Of a DNA stretch of 64,000 bases, positions 19,939-28,647 are shown in pieces. A model generated the notes under the pieces. That model made no database searches and had not been told where the DNA came from. It was given only the letters and a program-made list of their open reading frames with translations. Position 1 is the first letter of the stretch. Every line of letters begins with the position of its first letter. The stretch lies in contig JAHIVW010000003.1 of assembly GCA_018816245.1 (NCBI GenBank), forward strand, positions 321,453 through 385,452, in the 5' to 3' direction. The translations under genes were made by a program, and so were the position numbers. This stretch comes from Nanobdellota archaeon (lineage in GTDB: Archaea > Aenigmatarchaeota > Aenigmatarchaeia > QMZP01).

Positions 19939-20148
19939 CTACGACTGATTGAGGATGACCCGCTTTGTGAAGTGGCCCCGGTCAGTTGCCCTTTGGTTTT
20001 GGATCTTGCGGAGTATTTCTTGATCGATGTTTTTGAAAGTCCAAATGGCCTCAAGAACTTCGAGGGTGTCAGCGAGTTCTTCCTCGGTGCTGTTTTCAAG
20101 AAACTCGCTCACCTCTTCCTGAAGTTTTTCCTTAAGTTTCTGCCAGTG
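19939..20148 (-). pseudogene. 5'-truncated MazG-like/PRA-PH-like NTP pyrophosphohydrolase
   Basis: KLKEKLQEEVSEF...EELADTLEV...RGHF.KRVIL is the family C-terminal part; the usual KLVRDxIP N-terminus and an in-place start codon are missing. Confidence 0.65.
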
Positions 20149-20165
20149 TATTAAAGAGGTAGAAT

Positions 20166-20423
20166 ATGGAATATCTCCGATGCCAATCATGTGGGATGCC
20201 CTTGAGAAAGGAAGATGACTCAGGAACAAACCGCGACGGCAGCAAGAGCGACGAATACTGCCACTTTTGTTTTCAGAACGGCGTCTTCATGGATGAAGGG
20301 ATCTCTCTTGATGGTAAAATTGAGAAGGTTACGGACATAGCGATCAAGATGGACATACCGGAACATCAGGCAAGGTCCATGGCAGAAACCTTGCTCCCGA
20401 GCCTGAAGCGATGGAAGAAATAA
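20166..20423 (+). CDS. Zinc-ribbon domain protein
   Basis: CQSCGMPL...GTN.DGS.S.EYC.FCF.NG...LP.LKRWK. Confidence 0.85.
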   Translation: MEYLRCQSCGMPLRKEDDSGTNRDGSKSDEYCHFCFQNGVFMDEGISLDGKIEKVTDIAIKMDIPEHQARSMAETLLPSLKRWKK

Positions 20424-20432
20424 GTGTCCTGG

Positions 20433-20448
20433 TGTGACAAGAGTCACA
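20433..20448. promoter_or_regulatory. Perfect palindrome TGTGAC-AAGA-GTCACA, candidate operator
   Basis: Ends 3 nt before the ATG of the HypC-HydE gene. Confidence 0.4.
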
Positions 20449-20451
20449 GTT

Positions 20452-21723
20452 ATGTGCTACGCTATCCCTGGGAGGGTCGTTTCCATCAAGGGTCAGATTG
20501 CTGTTGTTGATTATTTTGGTGAACAGCGGACTGTCTTGAATGACAACGATGATATTCAGCCTGGGGATTATGTCTATGCACAGGGCGGTATTCTCATTAA
20601 CAAGATTGCGGAAAAGGACGCCCGTGAGATCTTGGGGTTCTGGAAGGAGAAATTTTTTGAGCTGAAAAAAATTGACGCCCAGTATTCGAAACTCCATACA
20701 TCAGGAGAGGGAGAACTTCTCCGAATCTTGCAGAGGGTGAACGTGAAACAGAAATTGAACAATGAGGAATTCATTTATCTCTTGAATCTACAGACAAAGG
20801 AAGAACAAAGCCTTCTTTTTGAAACCGCAAACGTTGTGAGACAAAAAGAGCATGACAACGCGTGTTGTGTTCACGGAATCATCGAGTTTTCAAATTATTG
20901 CCGATGTGACTGTTTCTACTGTGGCCTCAGGAAGTCAACGTCCCAAAAGCGGTACCGGATGACACCCGAGGAAATAATCTCAGCAGCGACATACGCCGTC
21001 AACGAGCTTGGTTTCAAGGCGCTTGTCCTCCAATCTGGAGAAGATGAATGGTATGATGAGGAAAAGCTCGTGACTCTTGTCAAGGAAATCAGAAAACTGA
21101 ATGTCCTTATTTTTCTGAGCATCGGAGAACGAAGCAAAGCATTGTACAAGAAGCTCTACGAGACCGGAGCACGGGCCGTTCTCTTACGATTTGAAACATC
21201 GAACAAGGAAATTTTCCAGAACTTGAGACCTGGAACGAATCTTGAGCAGCGCTTGGATTTGATCCGCTACGCGAAGGAACTTGGCTACATTGTTGCGACA
21301 GGATTCCTGATCGGACTCCCCGGAGAAACAGAAGAAGACATTCTCAACAACATTATGCTGACGAAGTCGCTCGGTGCTGATATGTATTCATTTGGACCGC
21401 TGATCCCTGCAGCAGGAACACCGTTAGAAAAGGAACCTCTTGGAGAAAAAAGCGCAGTGTTGAAAACAATAGCCGTAACACGGTTGCTTGACAGAAAAGC
21501 CAAGATCTTGGTGACAACAGCACTCGAAACGCTTGGGGATAATGCAAAGAAAGAGGGTTTGCTTGCCGGAGCCAATTCGTTGATGATCAATGTTACCCCG
21601 CCAACATACAGGGATTTATATATCATCTATCCAAAACATGGGAAAGAGGTCAAGAAAGCAATTCAAGAAACCATTGACCTGTTGTATTCCTTGGGGAGAG
21701 CACCAACGGATTTGGGGTTGTGA
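20452..21723 (+). CDS. Fusion of HypC/HupF-like domain and HydE-like radical SAM protein
   Basis: N-terminus MCYAIPGRVVSI.G..AVVDYFG..R.V.......PGDYVY (HypC); then CRCDCFYC, YRM, LQSGED, LSIGE, LRFET, GFLIGLPGE, TTAL, GANSLM.N.TP..YR..Y.IYP (HydE/PylB-like). Confidence 0.85.
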   Translation: MCYAIPGRVVSIKGQIAVVDYFGEQRTVLNDNDDIQPGDYVYAQGGILINKIAEKDAREILGFWKEKFFELKKIDAQYSKLHTSGEGELLRILQRVNVKQKLNNEEFIYLLNLQTKEEQSLLFETANVVRQKEHDNACCVHGIIEFSNYCRCDCFYCGLRKSTSQKRYRMTPEEIISAATYAVNELGFKALVLQSGEDEWYDEEKLVTLVKEIRKLNVLIFLSIGERSKALYKKLYETGARAVLLRFETSNKEIFQNLRPGTNLEQRLDLIRYAKELGYIVATGFLIGLPGETEEDILNNIMLTKSLGADMYSFGPLIPAAGTPLEKEPLGEKSAVLKTIAVTRLLDRKAKILVTTALETLGDNAKKEGLLAGANSLMINVTPPTYRDLYIIYPKHGKEVKKAIQETIDLLYSLGRAPTDLGL

Positions 21724-21724
21724 C

Positions 21725-23104
21725 ATGCCAATTATCAAGGACATTGTCAATGAAGAGCTGTTACACCGGACTCTTGAGAAGACGAAGAATCCAACAGAAG
21801 AACAGATTATCGGAATTTTGAGGAAAGCACGGAAAAAACAAGGGCTAACATTGGAGGAGGTTGGGGCACTCTTAAATGCGACTGATCCAGCATTGACTCA
21901 GCAGATGTTTTCAACTGCAGGAAAAATTAAACGGGATATTTATGGGGAACGGCTTGTTCTTTTCGCCCCATTGTATGTTTCGAGTTTTTGTGTGAATGAC
22001 TGTGCCTATTGTGGATTTCGTGCACGAAATACCGCTGAGCGGAAGAAACTGTCACTCGAAGAAGTTCGGGAACAGGTCAGAATCCTTGAGGATATGGGAC
22101 ATAAACGGTTGCTGTTGGAGTTTGGTGAACATCCAACCGAAACACCAATTGACTATATTGTTGAAGTGATCAGGACGATCTATGATACCAAATCGGGGAA
22201 AGGGGAGATCAGACGGGTGAACGTGAACATCGCTGCAACCACGGTCGAAGCGTACCAGAAGCTCAAGGCAGTTGGTATTGGGACCTACCAACTATTTCAA
22301 GAAACGTACCACCGGGAGACGTATCAGAAGTTGCATCAGGGGTTGAAGGCAGACTATGAGCGACAGTTGTTTGCCCATGACCGGGCCTTTGCAGCAGGGA
22401 TTGATGACATCGGACTCGGGGTCTTATTTGGGTTGTACGATTATCGGTTTGAGGTATTGGCTCTGATATCCCACGCACAGTATCTTGACAGGACCTACGG
22501 TGTCGGTCCACATACCTTCTCGGTCCCTCGCTGGCAGCCGGCTGATGCTGTTGCTTGGGAGGAACCACCGGCTCCGGTTTCTGAAAATGAACTTCTCAAT
22601 ATCATCGCCATCTTACGGATGGCGGTCCCGTATACAGGCATGATCATTTCGACACGGGAACGACCTGAGATCCGGGAAAAGGCATTTGAGATCGGGATTT
22701 CGCAAACCTCTGCAGCCTCGCGAACAGCTCCAGGAGGATACGGAAAATCAGAGAAGCTTGCTCAATTTTCTTTGGCAGATCACCGAACGGTTGATGATGT
22801 TCTGAAGGGGATTCTGAAACAGGGATTGCTCCCGAGCTTTTGTACTGCCTGTTATCGCAAGGGACGAACAGGAGCAACGTTCATGGATCTTGCCAAGCCA
22901 GGTAATATTCACAATCTTTGTCGGCCGAACGCTCTCTTGACATTCAAGGAATATCTTGAAGATTATGCGTCGCCCGAAGTCAAGGAACGCGGTCTGTTGG
23001 TGATTGAGAACTATCTAGCACAAATTCCTGATGCAGCAACGAAACGGGAAACACGGGCCCGTCTCGACCGGATTGAACAAGGGGAACGGGATTTGTACTT
23101 TTAG
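21725..23104 (+). CDS. hydG: [FeFe]-hydrogenase H-cluster radical SAM maturase HydG
   Basis: FAPLY.S..CVNDCAYC, GEIRRVNVNIA, YQLFQETYH, GVGPHT.SVPR; C-terminal CTAC-X22-C auxiliary cluster motif (absent in ThiH); G.RDLYF. Confidence 0.93.
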   Translation: MPIIKDIVNEELLHRTLEKTKNPTEEQIIGILRKARKKQGLTLEEVGALLNATDPALTQQMFSTAGKIKRDIYGERLVLFAPLYVSSFCVNDCAYCGFRARNTAERKKLSLEEVREQVRILEDMGHKRLLLEFGEHPTETPIDYIVEVIRTIYDTKSGKGEIRRVNVNIAATTVEAYQKLKAVGIGTYQLFQETYHRETYQKLHQGLKADYERQLFAHDRAFAAGIDDIGLGVLFGLYDYRFEVLALISHAQYLDRTYGVGPHTFSVPRWQPADAVAWEEPPAPVSENELLNIIAILRMAVPYTGMIISTRERPEIREKAFEIGISQTSAASRTAPGGYGKSEKLAQFSLADHRTVDDVLKGILKQGLLPSFCTACYRKGRTGATFMDLAKPGNIHNLCRPNALLTFKEYLEDYASPEVKERGLLVIENYLAQIPDAATKRETRARLDRIEQGERDLYF

Positions 23105-23118
23105 TCTGAGATAATGTG

Positions 23119-23502
23119 TTACGCAACGACGAGCTTTGCTCGCTGAATTTGTTTCGTCTGCTGAAATCGGTGAAGCATCTCGTGAACGTCTTTCGCCTCT
23201 CCCTTCACGACAACGATCTCAAAACAACCTTGTTTGGTGTTCGTATGGAGTTGTGTTTCCACAAGCGGTTGAAATTCATGGATGATCTGGATCACCTCGG
23301 CAGCGGCGCGGTGGTGATGAACCAAGAGAAGGACACCAGTGATTTTTCCGGCAACCATGTGCTCTTTTCGTTCCTCCTGAAGATTCCGGAGTGCCAGACG
23401 AATGAGATCGCTTCTTCCTCTTGTTTTGAAGTGCTGCTGGAGTGCTATCGCTAAGGCGCTCGTTTCAGGATCCAGCGAGATGCTGATGATTTCGTGGGAC
23501 AT
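23119..23502 (-). CDS. NikR-like RHH+ACT metal-responsive regulator
   Basis: IISISL...RSDLIR.ALR RHH; H...H-T-N....C-FEIVVVKG metal site; alternative start 23511. Confidence 0.8.
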   Translation of the reverse strand: MSHEIISISLDPETSALAIALQQHFKTRGRSDLIRLALRNLQEERKEHMVAGKITGVLLLVHHHRAAAEVIQIIHEFQPLVETQLHTNTKQGCFEIVVVKGEAKDVHEMLHRFQQTKQIQRAKLVVA

Positions 23503-23537
23503 ATGGCTCATTAATAGTATCAGGAAAGGATAGAAGT

Positions 23538-23566
23538 TATTAATTATATTCATGTATTTATTAATA
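23538..23566. promoter_or_regulatory. Inverted repeat TATTAAT-N15-ATTAATA, candidate NikR-like operator
   Basis: Lies between the divergent nikR-like and ZIP genes; long spacer typical of tetrameric RHH regulators. Confidence 0.45.
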
Positions 23567-23585
23567 CCACCAGAAAGAAGAGGGT

Positions 23586-24335
23586 ATGGTAGACCTCACA
23601 CTTATCCTCGGGGCGGTCATTCTTGTCAGTTTAGTTTCACTTCTGGGTGCTTTGACGCTCCTCAAGACGCGCTTGGTGAATACGCTGCTCTTTGTCTTTG
23701 CAAGCTTTGCTGCAGGGACCCTTCTTGGAAGTGCATTCTTGGGGCTCCTCCCTGAAGCAATTGAGGAAGCCACAAGTGTGGAGTTTGCCCTCTTCTATGC
23801 ACTTGCCGGGGTTGTCCTCTTCTTTATCATCGAACGTGGGTTGCATTGGCATCATTACCACGCCAAGAAAGAGTCACATCCCTTTACGTACTTGAACCTC
23901 ATTGGTGACGGGATCCACAACTTCGTTGACGGTGTTTTGATTACCGCCTCTTTCTTTTTGTCTGTTCCCCTTGGGTTTGCCACAACGCTTGCGATCATTG
24001 TTCACGAGATTCCCCAGGAATTGTCTGACTTCGGTCTCTTAATCTATGGTGGGTGGTCCGCGAAGCGAGCACTGGTGGCCAACTTCATCACCGCGCTCAC
24101 TGCTGTTGTCGGGGCAATTGTGGGGTATCTTTTCTTGAGTGTGATCGAGACCGCCATTGTCCCGCTTGTCAGTATTGCTGCAGGTGGGTTTCTCTATATT
24201 GCCTCAGCGGACCTTGTTCCTGAAATCCATAAAGAGCGGGACTGGAAAAAAATTATTGTCCAGATTCTGGTGTTCTTGCTTGGGATTGCGATCATCTGGG
24301 CTGTCGGTGTCTTTGGACCAAGCCATAGTCATTGA
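23586..24335 (+). CDS. ZIP family metal transporter
   Basis: FAAG.LLG.AF..LLPEA, His loop HWHHYH, GDGIHNFVDG, HEIPQE..DF. Confidence 0.93.
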   Translation: MVDLTLILGAVILVSLVSLLGALTLLKTRLVNTLLFVFASFAAGTLLGSAFLGLLPEAIEEATSVEFALFYALAGVVLFFIIERGLHWHHYHAKKESHPFTYLNLIGDGIHNFVDGVLITASFFLSVPLGFATTLAIIVHEIPQELSDFGLLIYGGWSAKRALVANFITALTAVVGAIVGYLFLSVIETAIVPLVSIAAGGFLYIASADLVPEIHKERDWKKIIVQILVFLLGIAIIWAVGVFGPSHSH

Positions 24336-24411
24336 TGTTGGCGATAACGCCATGAAAGTTTAATACTCCTTCAATCAATAGAATACTATAACTTAAAGGG
24401 GTGTGTCACAC

Positions 24412-24447
24412 ATGGCCAAGAAAAAAAAAGCCAAAAAGAAGAAGTAA
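24412..24447 (+). CDS. Candidate 11-aa lysine-rich micropeptide MAKKKKAKKKK
   Basis: ATG...TAA with AGGGGTG SD-like element and AT-rich promoter-like sequence in an otherwise empty intergenic region. Confidence 0.35.
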   Translation: MAKKKKAKKKK

Positions 24448-24500
24448 TCTTTCTTGCTGACTCCAACAGAGTCGCTTGTATTCGTTTTTCTTTGTTTCTT

Positions 24501-24785
24501 TTATTTCCAGGTAATTTTCGCCAAGACCGCCAAGCCAGCAAGCTGAACCACATTGACCAGTGCATTATGGGTTCCGAGGAAGCCAGCAAAAGCGTCTGGA
24601 TCAAGCAACAAGAAAATCAGATCGAGGATGTTCTCGAAAAGGAAAAGCCCCGCGAAGACGATTAAAGCGAGGGTGAACGGTGCTTTGGCTTTCATGTAAC
24701 TCGAGAGGTACACGTAAAGAATCGAGAGCGCGAGCAGCACATTGACGCCGGCAAGCCCGGTGAAGATGATTGCGAGTCCTCCCAT
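24501..24785 (-). CDS. Small 3-TM membrane protein, partner of the wHTH regulator
   Basis: Hydrophobic; FT..LIVFA.LFL.EN motif; 4-nt gap to the upstream gene. Confidence 0.7.
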   Translation of the reverse strand: MGGLAIIFTGLAGVNVLLALSILYVYLSSYMKAKAPFTLALIVFAGLFLFENILDLIFLLLDPDAFAGFLGTHNALVNVVQLAGLAVLAKITWK

Positions 24786-24789
24786 ACCA

Positions 24790-25131
24790 TCACTTTGCTT
24801 TTGACCCCTTTATGTCCTTTTTCCCTAATTTGACGAGGATCTCGTCCAGAATCTCGATATTATTCTCGAGAAGGGGGGTCAGAAAATAGAGCATCCCGTA
24901 TTTCTTCTCGCCTTCATTCGTGGTGATGATGTTGTTCTGTTTCAGCACCCGGATGTGATGCTCCACGGTCTTGTAGTCGAGTTCAAGGGTCTTGGCAATT
25001 TGGTGTGCGTTGTAGGGGCGCTTCATGAGGAGCATCAGAAGTTTTGCCCGGATTTCACCTCCCCGGGTCCCTGCGAGAAGGTACCAGAGGGTCCGGGAGA
25101 GGTTCTTGAGATAGGGATTCTGAAGCTCCAT
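24790..25131 (-). CDS. ArsR-like winged-HTH regulator
   Basis: LWYLLAGTRGG..RA.....L..RPYNAHQIA..L.LDYKTV.HH..VL; start may be 25137. Confidence 0.85.
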   Translation of the reverse strand: MELQNPYLKNLSRTLWYLLAGTRGGEIRAKLLMLLMKRPYNAHQIAKTLELDYKTVEHHIRVLKQNNIITTNEGEKKYGMLYFLTPLLENNIEILDEILVKLGKKDIKGSKAK

Positions 25132-25160
25132 GGACATCTCTTGGACGAGCAACGTTAAAA

Positions 25161-26879
25161 TTACATCTCCTCTGGGGCGGCAATGCCGAGGAGCGCGAGA
25201 CCGGTGTAGAGGACTGTTTTCGTTGCGGCGACGAGGGCAATCCTTGCCGCTTTCACAGCTGCGTCAGCCTGAAGCACAGGAACTGCCTGATAGAAGTGGT
25301 TGAATGCGGTCGCAAGGTCGAAGATGGCGTGTGCAATAATGTGTGGTTTGTTTTCTCGAACCGTTCGGTGGATGGCATGCGGGAAGTGGGCAAGGGAACG
25401 GAGCACCGCGATTTCCTTGGTATCAGTGAGCGCAGCTGCACGGAATGATGGCGGTGTGGTGACACCCCCTTTCTTCAGGATTGAGGTACACCGGGCATGG
25501 GTATATTGAAGATAGGGACCTGTATCACCTTCAAAGGAAAGGAGGTCATCCCAAGAGAACACAATGTTCTTGATCCGATCTCGGGAGAGGTCAGCATACT
25601 TGAGCGCTCCCACACCAACATGGAAGGCAACGTCCTTGCCGCGGTCGGTCGTGAAGAGATCTGGATTCTTTTCTTTCATAATGGTTTCTGCGCGACGTGC
25701 TGCCTCGGCAATCACATCATTGAGATAAACAACACGTCCTTTTCGGGTGCTCATCTTACCGCCAGGGAGGGACATGAGCCCGAAATCAACGTGCGTCGCA
25801 CGAATCACGTCAGGGAGAAGGTTGAGCTTCTTGGCTGCTGCAAAGAGTTGTTGAAAATAGAGTTTTTGTTCTGAGCCAACAACGTAGAGGAGCGAGAAGA
25901 TGTTCGGGATTTTGATTCGTTCCTGCAACATCGCGAGATCGCGGCTTGCGTAGATCGTTGATTCGTTTGATTTCTGGATGATGAGTGGTGGGAGCGGATC
26001 AAGAGGAACGATCCAAGCACCCTTTGATTCCTTTACGATTCCTTGTTTCAGCGCATCCTGGGTCAGGTGCTTTGCTGCAGCAACGTAGCGCCGCTCGCCA
26101 CTCCAGGTATCAAAAGAAATGTTCAAGAGATCATAGGTTTTCTTGAAGCTTTCAGCACTGAGTTTCCAGAACCACTCGAATGTTTTAACGAGCTTGGGAT
26201 CGCCCTCTTCGAGTTTCCGGAAGGCCTCCCGGGCAGCGTCTTCCAAGGTCGGATCCTTTTCTGCCTTGTCATGGAACTGCACATACAAGGAAAGCAATTC
26301 AGGGATAGGGTCGTTCTTGACTTTTTCTTCTGATCCCCATTTCTCGTAGGCAACGAGAAGCTTCCCGAACTGTGTTCCCCAGTCACCGACGTGGTTGTCC
26401 CGGATGATTTTGTAGCCGAGATGTTGGTAGATGCGGGCAAGCGCATCGCCGATGATGGTTGAGCGCATATGGCCGACAGACATCGGCTTTGCAATATTCG
26501 GGCTAGAAAAATCGACGAGAACTGTTTTTTCGTTTCCGATGCTTGAACTACCGAAGGCGTTCCCCTTGGTAATAATGTCTTTCAGGAGGTGATCCCCGAA
26601 AAGAGACCAGTTAGCAGTGATGTTGAGGTATGGTCCGGCGGCGTCAAACCGTTTGATGATGCCGGCTGGCTTGAGGGTTCCCGCAAGATTGTCGGCAATT
26701 TCGTTCGGGGATTTCCTCAGTTGTTTGGCAAGCGCATAACACGGAAAGGCGAGATCGGCGTTTGTTTGTGGAGGAGGGATCTCAAGCTGCTCCTCGACAA
26801 CCGATGACGGCATCTTCGTTTGGGTAGCAATGAGTTCGACAACGGCGTTGAAGAAGGGATTATCGGGGTCCATGGTCAC
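25161..26879 (-). CDS. argS: Arginyl-tRNA synthetase
   Basis: DFSSPNIAKPMSVGHMRSTIIGD, NHVGDWGTQFG, KMSTRKG, YLQYTHAR, APEEM. Confidence 0.97.
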   Translation of the reverse strand: MTMDPDNPFFNAVVELIATQTKMPSSVVEEQLEIPPPQTNADLAFPCYALAKQLRKSPNEIADNLAGTLKPAGIIKRFDAAGPYLNITANWSLFGDHLLKDIITKGNAFGSSSIGNEKTVLVDFSSPNIAKPMSVGHMRSTIIGDALARIYQHLGYKIIRDNHVGDWGTQFGKLLVAYEKWGSEEKVKNDPIPELLSLYVQFHDKAEKDPTLEDAAREAFRKLEEGDPKLVKTFEWFWKLSAESFKKTYDLLNISFDTWSGERRYVAAAKHLTQDALKQGIVKESKGAWIVPLDPLPPLIIQKSNESTIYASRDLAMLQERIKIPNIFSLLYVVGSEQKLYFQQLFAAAKKLNLLPDVIRATHVDFGLMSLPGGKMSTRKGRVVYLNDVIAEAARRAETIMKEKNPDLFTTDRGKDVAFHVGVGALKYADLSRDRIKNIVFSWDDLLSFEGDTGPYLQYTHARCTSILKKGGVTTPPSFRAAALTDTKEIAVLRSLAHFPHAIHRTVRENKPHIIAHAIFDLATAFNHFYQAVPVLQADAAVKAARIALVAATKTVLYTGLALLGIAAPEEM

Positions 26880-27727
26880 TTGTTTGTCTTCTGTCTTATA
26901 ACAGCATTTCTCTGAATCTGCTTGAAGGCGATAACCGCAGCGCCTGCATAGTCATCTGTGTCCTGCTTCTGATAAGCGTAGTTCACTGCTGAAGAAGCAT
27001 TGATCCGACAAAGAGGAAGAGGATAAGCGGCATGCTTCAATGATCTCATGATTTCTTCCACTGTTCCGCCCTGACCGCCGATACCCGGAATGAGTAAGGG
27101 AAGCTCTTTGCCACTCTTCGTGAACTGTGTTGCGATGTTTTCAAGTTCCTCGGGGTAGGTCGCGCCGAGCACGGCTCCTGTCCCAAGCTGTGCCCACTGG
27201 AGAAGCTGATCTGCAACCTTCTGATATAGAGGGACTCCTTCAATGAGGAGGTCTTGGATATCCCCGGCACCAGGGTTTGAAGTTCGACAGAGAACATAGA
27301 CACCCCTGTCGGCGTAGTGAAGGAAGGGAGCAATCGAATCTGAACCCATGTATGGTGCAACGGTGACAGCATCGACGTTCCAGAAAACAAAGCAGGCTTT
27401 TGCGTAGGCGGCGCTTGTTTTGCCGATGTCGCCTCGTTTTGCATCAAGAATGATGGGGATGTTTGCTGCTCGCCAGATTGTGATCACGTTTTGGAGCGCT
27501 CGAAGTCCTTCAAATCCATATTGTTCGTAGAAGGCAATGTTCGGCTTAATTGCTCCCGGGAGCACGTTTTCACTCTGGAATGCTTCGAAAAGATCGGTAT
27601 AGAATTTTGTGATAACCTTTTCCGGGTTGCCTTTAATAGGAATCTTTTCCAGGACAGGATCAAGACCAACACAGATGATGCTGCCCGTTCGCTCCGTTGT
27701 TGTGCGGAGGAGATCAAGGTAGGTCAT
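26876..27727 (-). CDS. pyrF: Orotidine-5'-phosphate decarboxylase
   Basis: CVGLDP, KPNIAFYE, LDAKRGDIGKT, LCRTSNPG, LIPGIGGQGG. Confidence 0.95.
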   Translation of the reverse strand: MTYLDLLRTTTERTGSIICVGLDPVLEKIPIKGNPEKVITKFYTDLFEAFQSENVLPGAIKPNIAFYEQYGFEGLRALQNVITIWRAANIPIILDAKRGDIGKTSAAYAKACFVFWNVDAVTVAPYMGSDSIAPFLHYADRGVYVLCRTSNPGAGDIQDLLIEGVPLYQKVADQLLQWAQLGTGAVLGATYPEELENIATQFTKSGKELPLLIPGIGGQGGTVEEIMRSLKHAAYPLPLCRINASSAVNYAYQKQDTDDYAGAAVIAFKQIQRNAVIRQKTNK

Positions 27728-28647
27728 AACGTTTTCAAATTTCCTTTGACATCTTCGATAGTTTCGTATCCTTTCTTTGCCATGAGTTCGTTGAATTCCC
27801 GTTCAATCCTCTCAAAACAACCGTGTTTTTCCTTCATGAATGTTGTTCCGATCTGCACTGCTGTTGCCCCAGCAAGAATGAATTCAAAGACGTCGGTTCC
27901 GGAAGAGATACCACCGACACCAACAATATCGATAGTTGGGTTGAGGAGTTCAGAAAATTTCCGGACATTGGCAAGTGCTGTTGGCTTGACATAGGCACCA
28001 CCAAGACCGCCGAAACCATTTTTCGGCCGGATAATAACTTGTTCTTTTTCCGGATCAATAACGAGTGCATTGCCAATCGCGTTAATGCAGGTTACAAATC
28101 GTACATTATTTCTGTTAAGAATTGCTGCGATTTGCTCGAAATGGACGAAATCAAAATAGGGTGGGAGTTTCACACCAAGCGGTTTCTTTGTGATATGCAT
28201 GATCTTTCCAAGGACGTCATCGGTTTGTTCGGGATCATAACCCATTTGTGGTTTGCCAATGACATTCGGGCATGAAAGATTAAACTCAATGAGATCAACA
28301 GGAGCATCGTTAAGCGCCTGGATAATCGTGAGATTGTCTTCTAATGAAAGACCAGAAACACTTGCAATGATCGGTTTGTTGTATTTTTTAAGAAGCGGTG
28401 CGAACGCGATGTATTTTTTGTAGCCAAGGTTTGGGAGGCCCATGGAATTCAGGGAACCGTGGGGGATGTCTTGATAGCGGGGTTCAGGATTCCCCTCCCG
28501 CGCTTCGAGCGTGCATGATTTCATGGTGATTGCGGCGGCATGTGATTCACCAAGCACAGTGAGTTCTTCTAATGTTGCATCCAAGGGACCAGCTGCATTG
28601 AAGATAGGATGTTCCAGTTCAATGCCAGCGACTGTTGTCTTTAACAT
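27724..28647 (-). CDS. pyrD: Dihydroorotate dehydrogenase, class 1A-like
   Basis: KSCT...REGNPEPRY, NSMGLPN.G, NLSCPN, KLPPYFD, GFGGLGG. Confidence 0.93.
   Translation of the reverse strand: MLKTTVAGIELEHPIFNAAGPLDATLEELTVLGESHAAAITMKSCTLEAREGNPEPRYQDIPHGSLNSMGLPNLGYKKYIAFAPLLKKYNKPIIASVSGLSLEDNLTIIQALNDAPVDLIEFNLSCPNVIGKPQMGYDPEQTDDVLGKIMHITKKPLGVKLPPYFDFVHFEQIAAILNRNNVRFVTCINAIGNALVIDPEKEQVIIRPKNGFGGLGGAYVKPTALANVRKFSELLNPTIDIVGVGGISSGTDVFEFILAGATAVQIGTTFMKEKHGCFERIEREFNELMAKKGYETIEDVKGNLKTL

Noticed and set aside
20452..21723. Biotin synthase or PylB interpretation
   Set aside because: No bio or pyl genes adjacent; coupled to hydG; motifs fit HydE best, although PylB-like affinity needs a phylogeny to exclude
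21725..23104. ThiH (thiamine) interpretation of the second radical SAM gene
   Set aside because: It has the C-terminal CX2CX22C extension and GPHT His typical of HydG; no thi genes nearby
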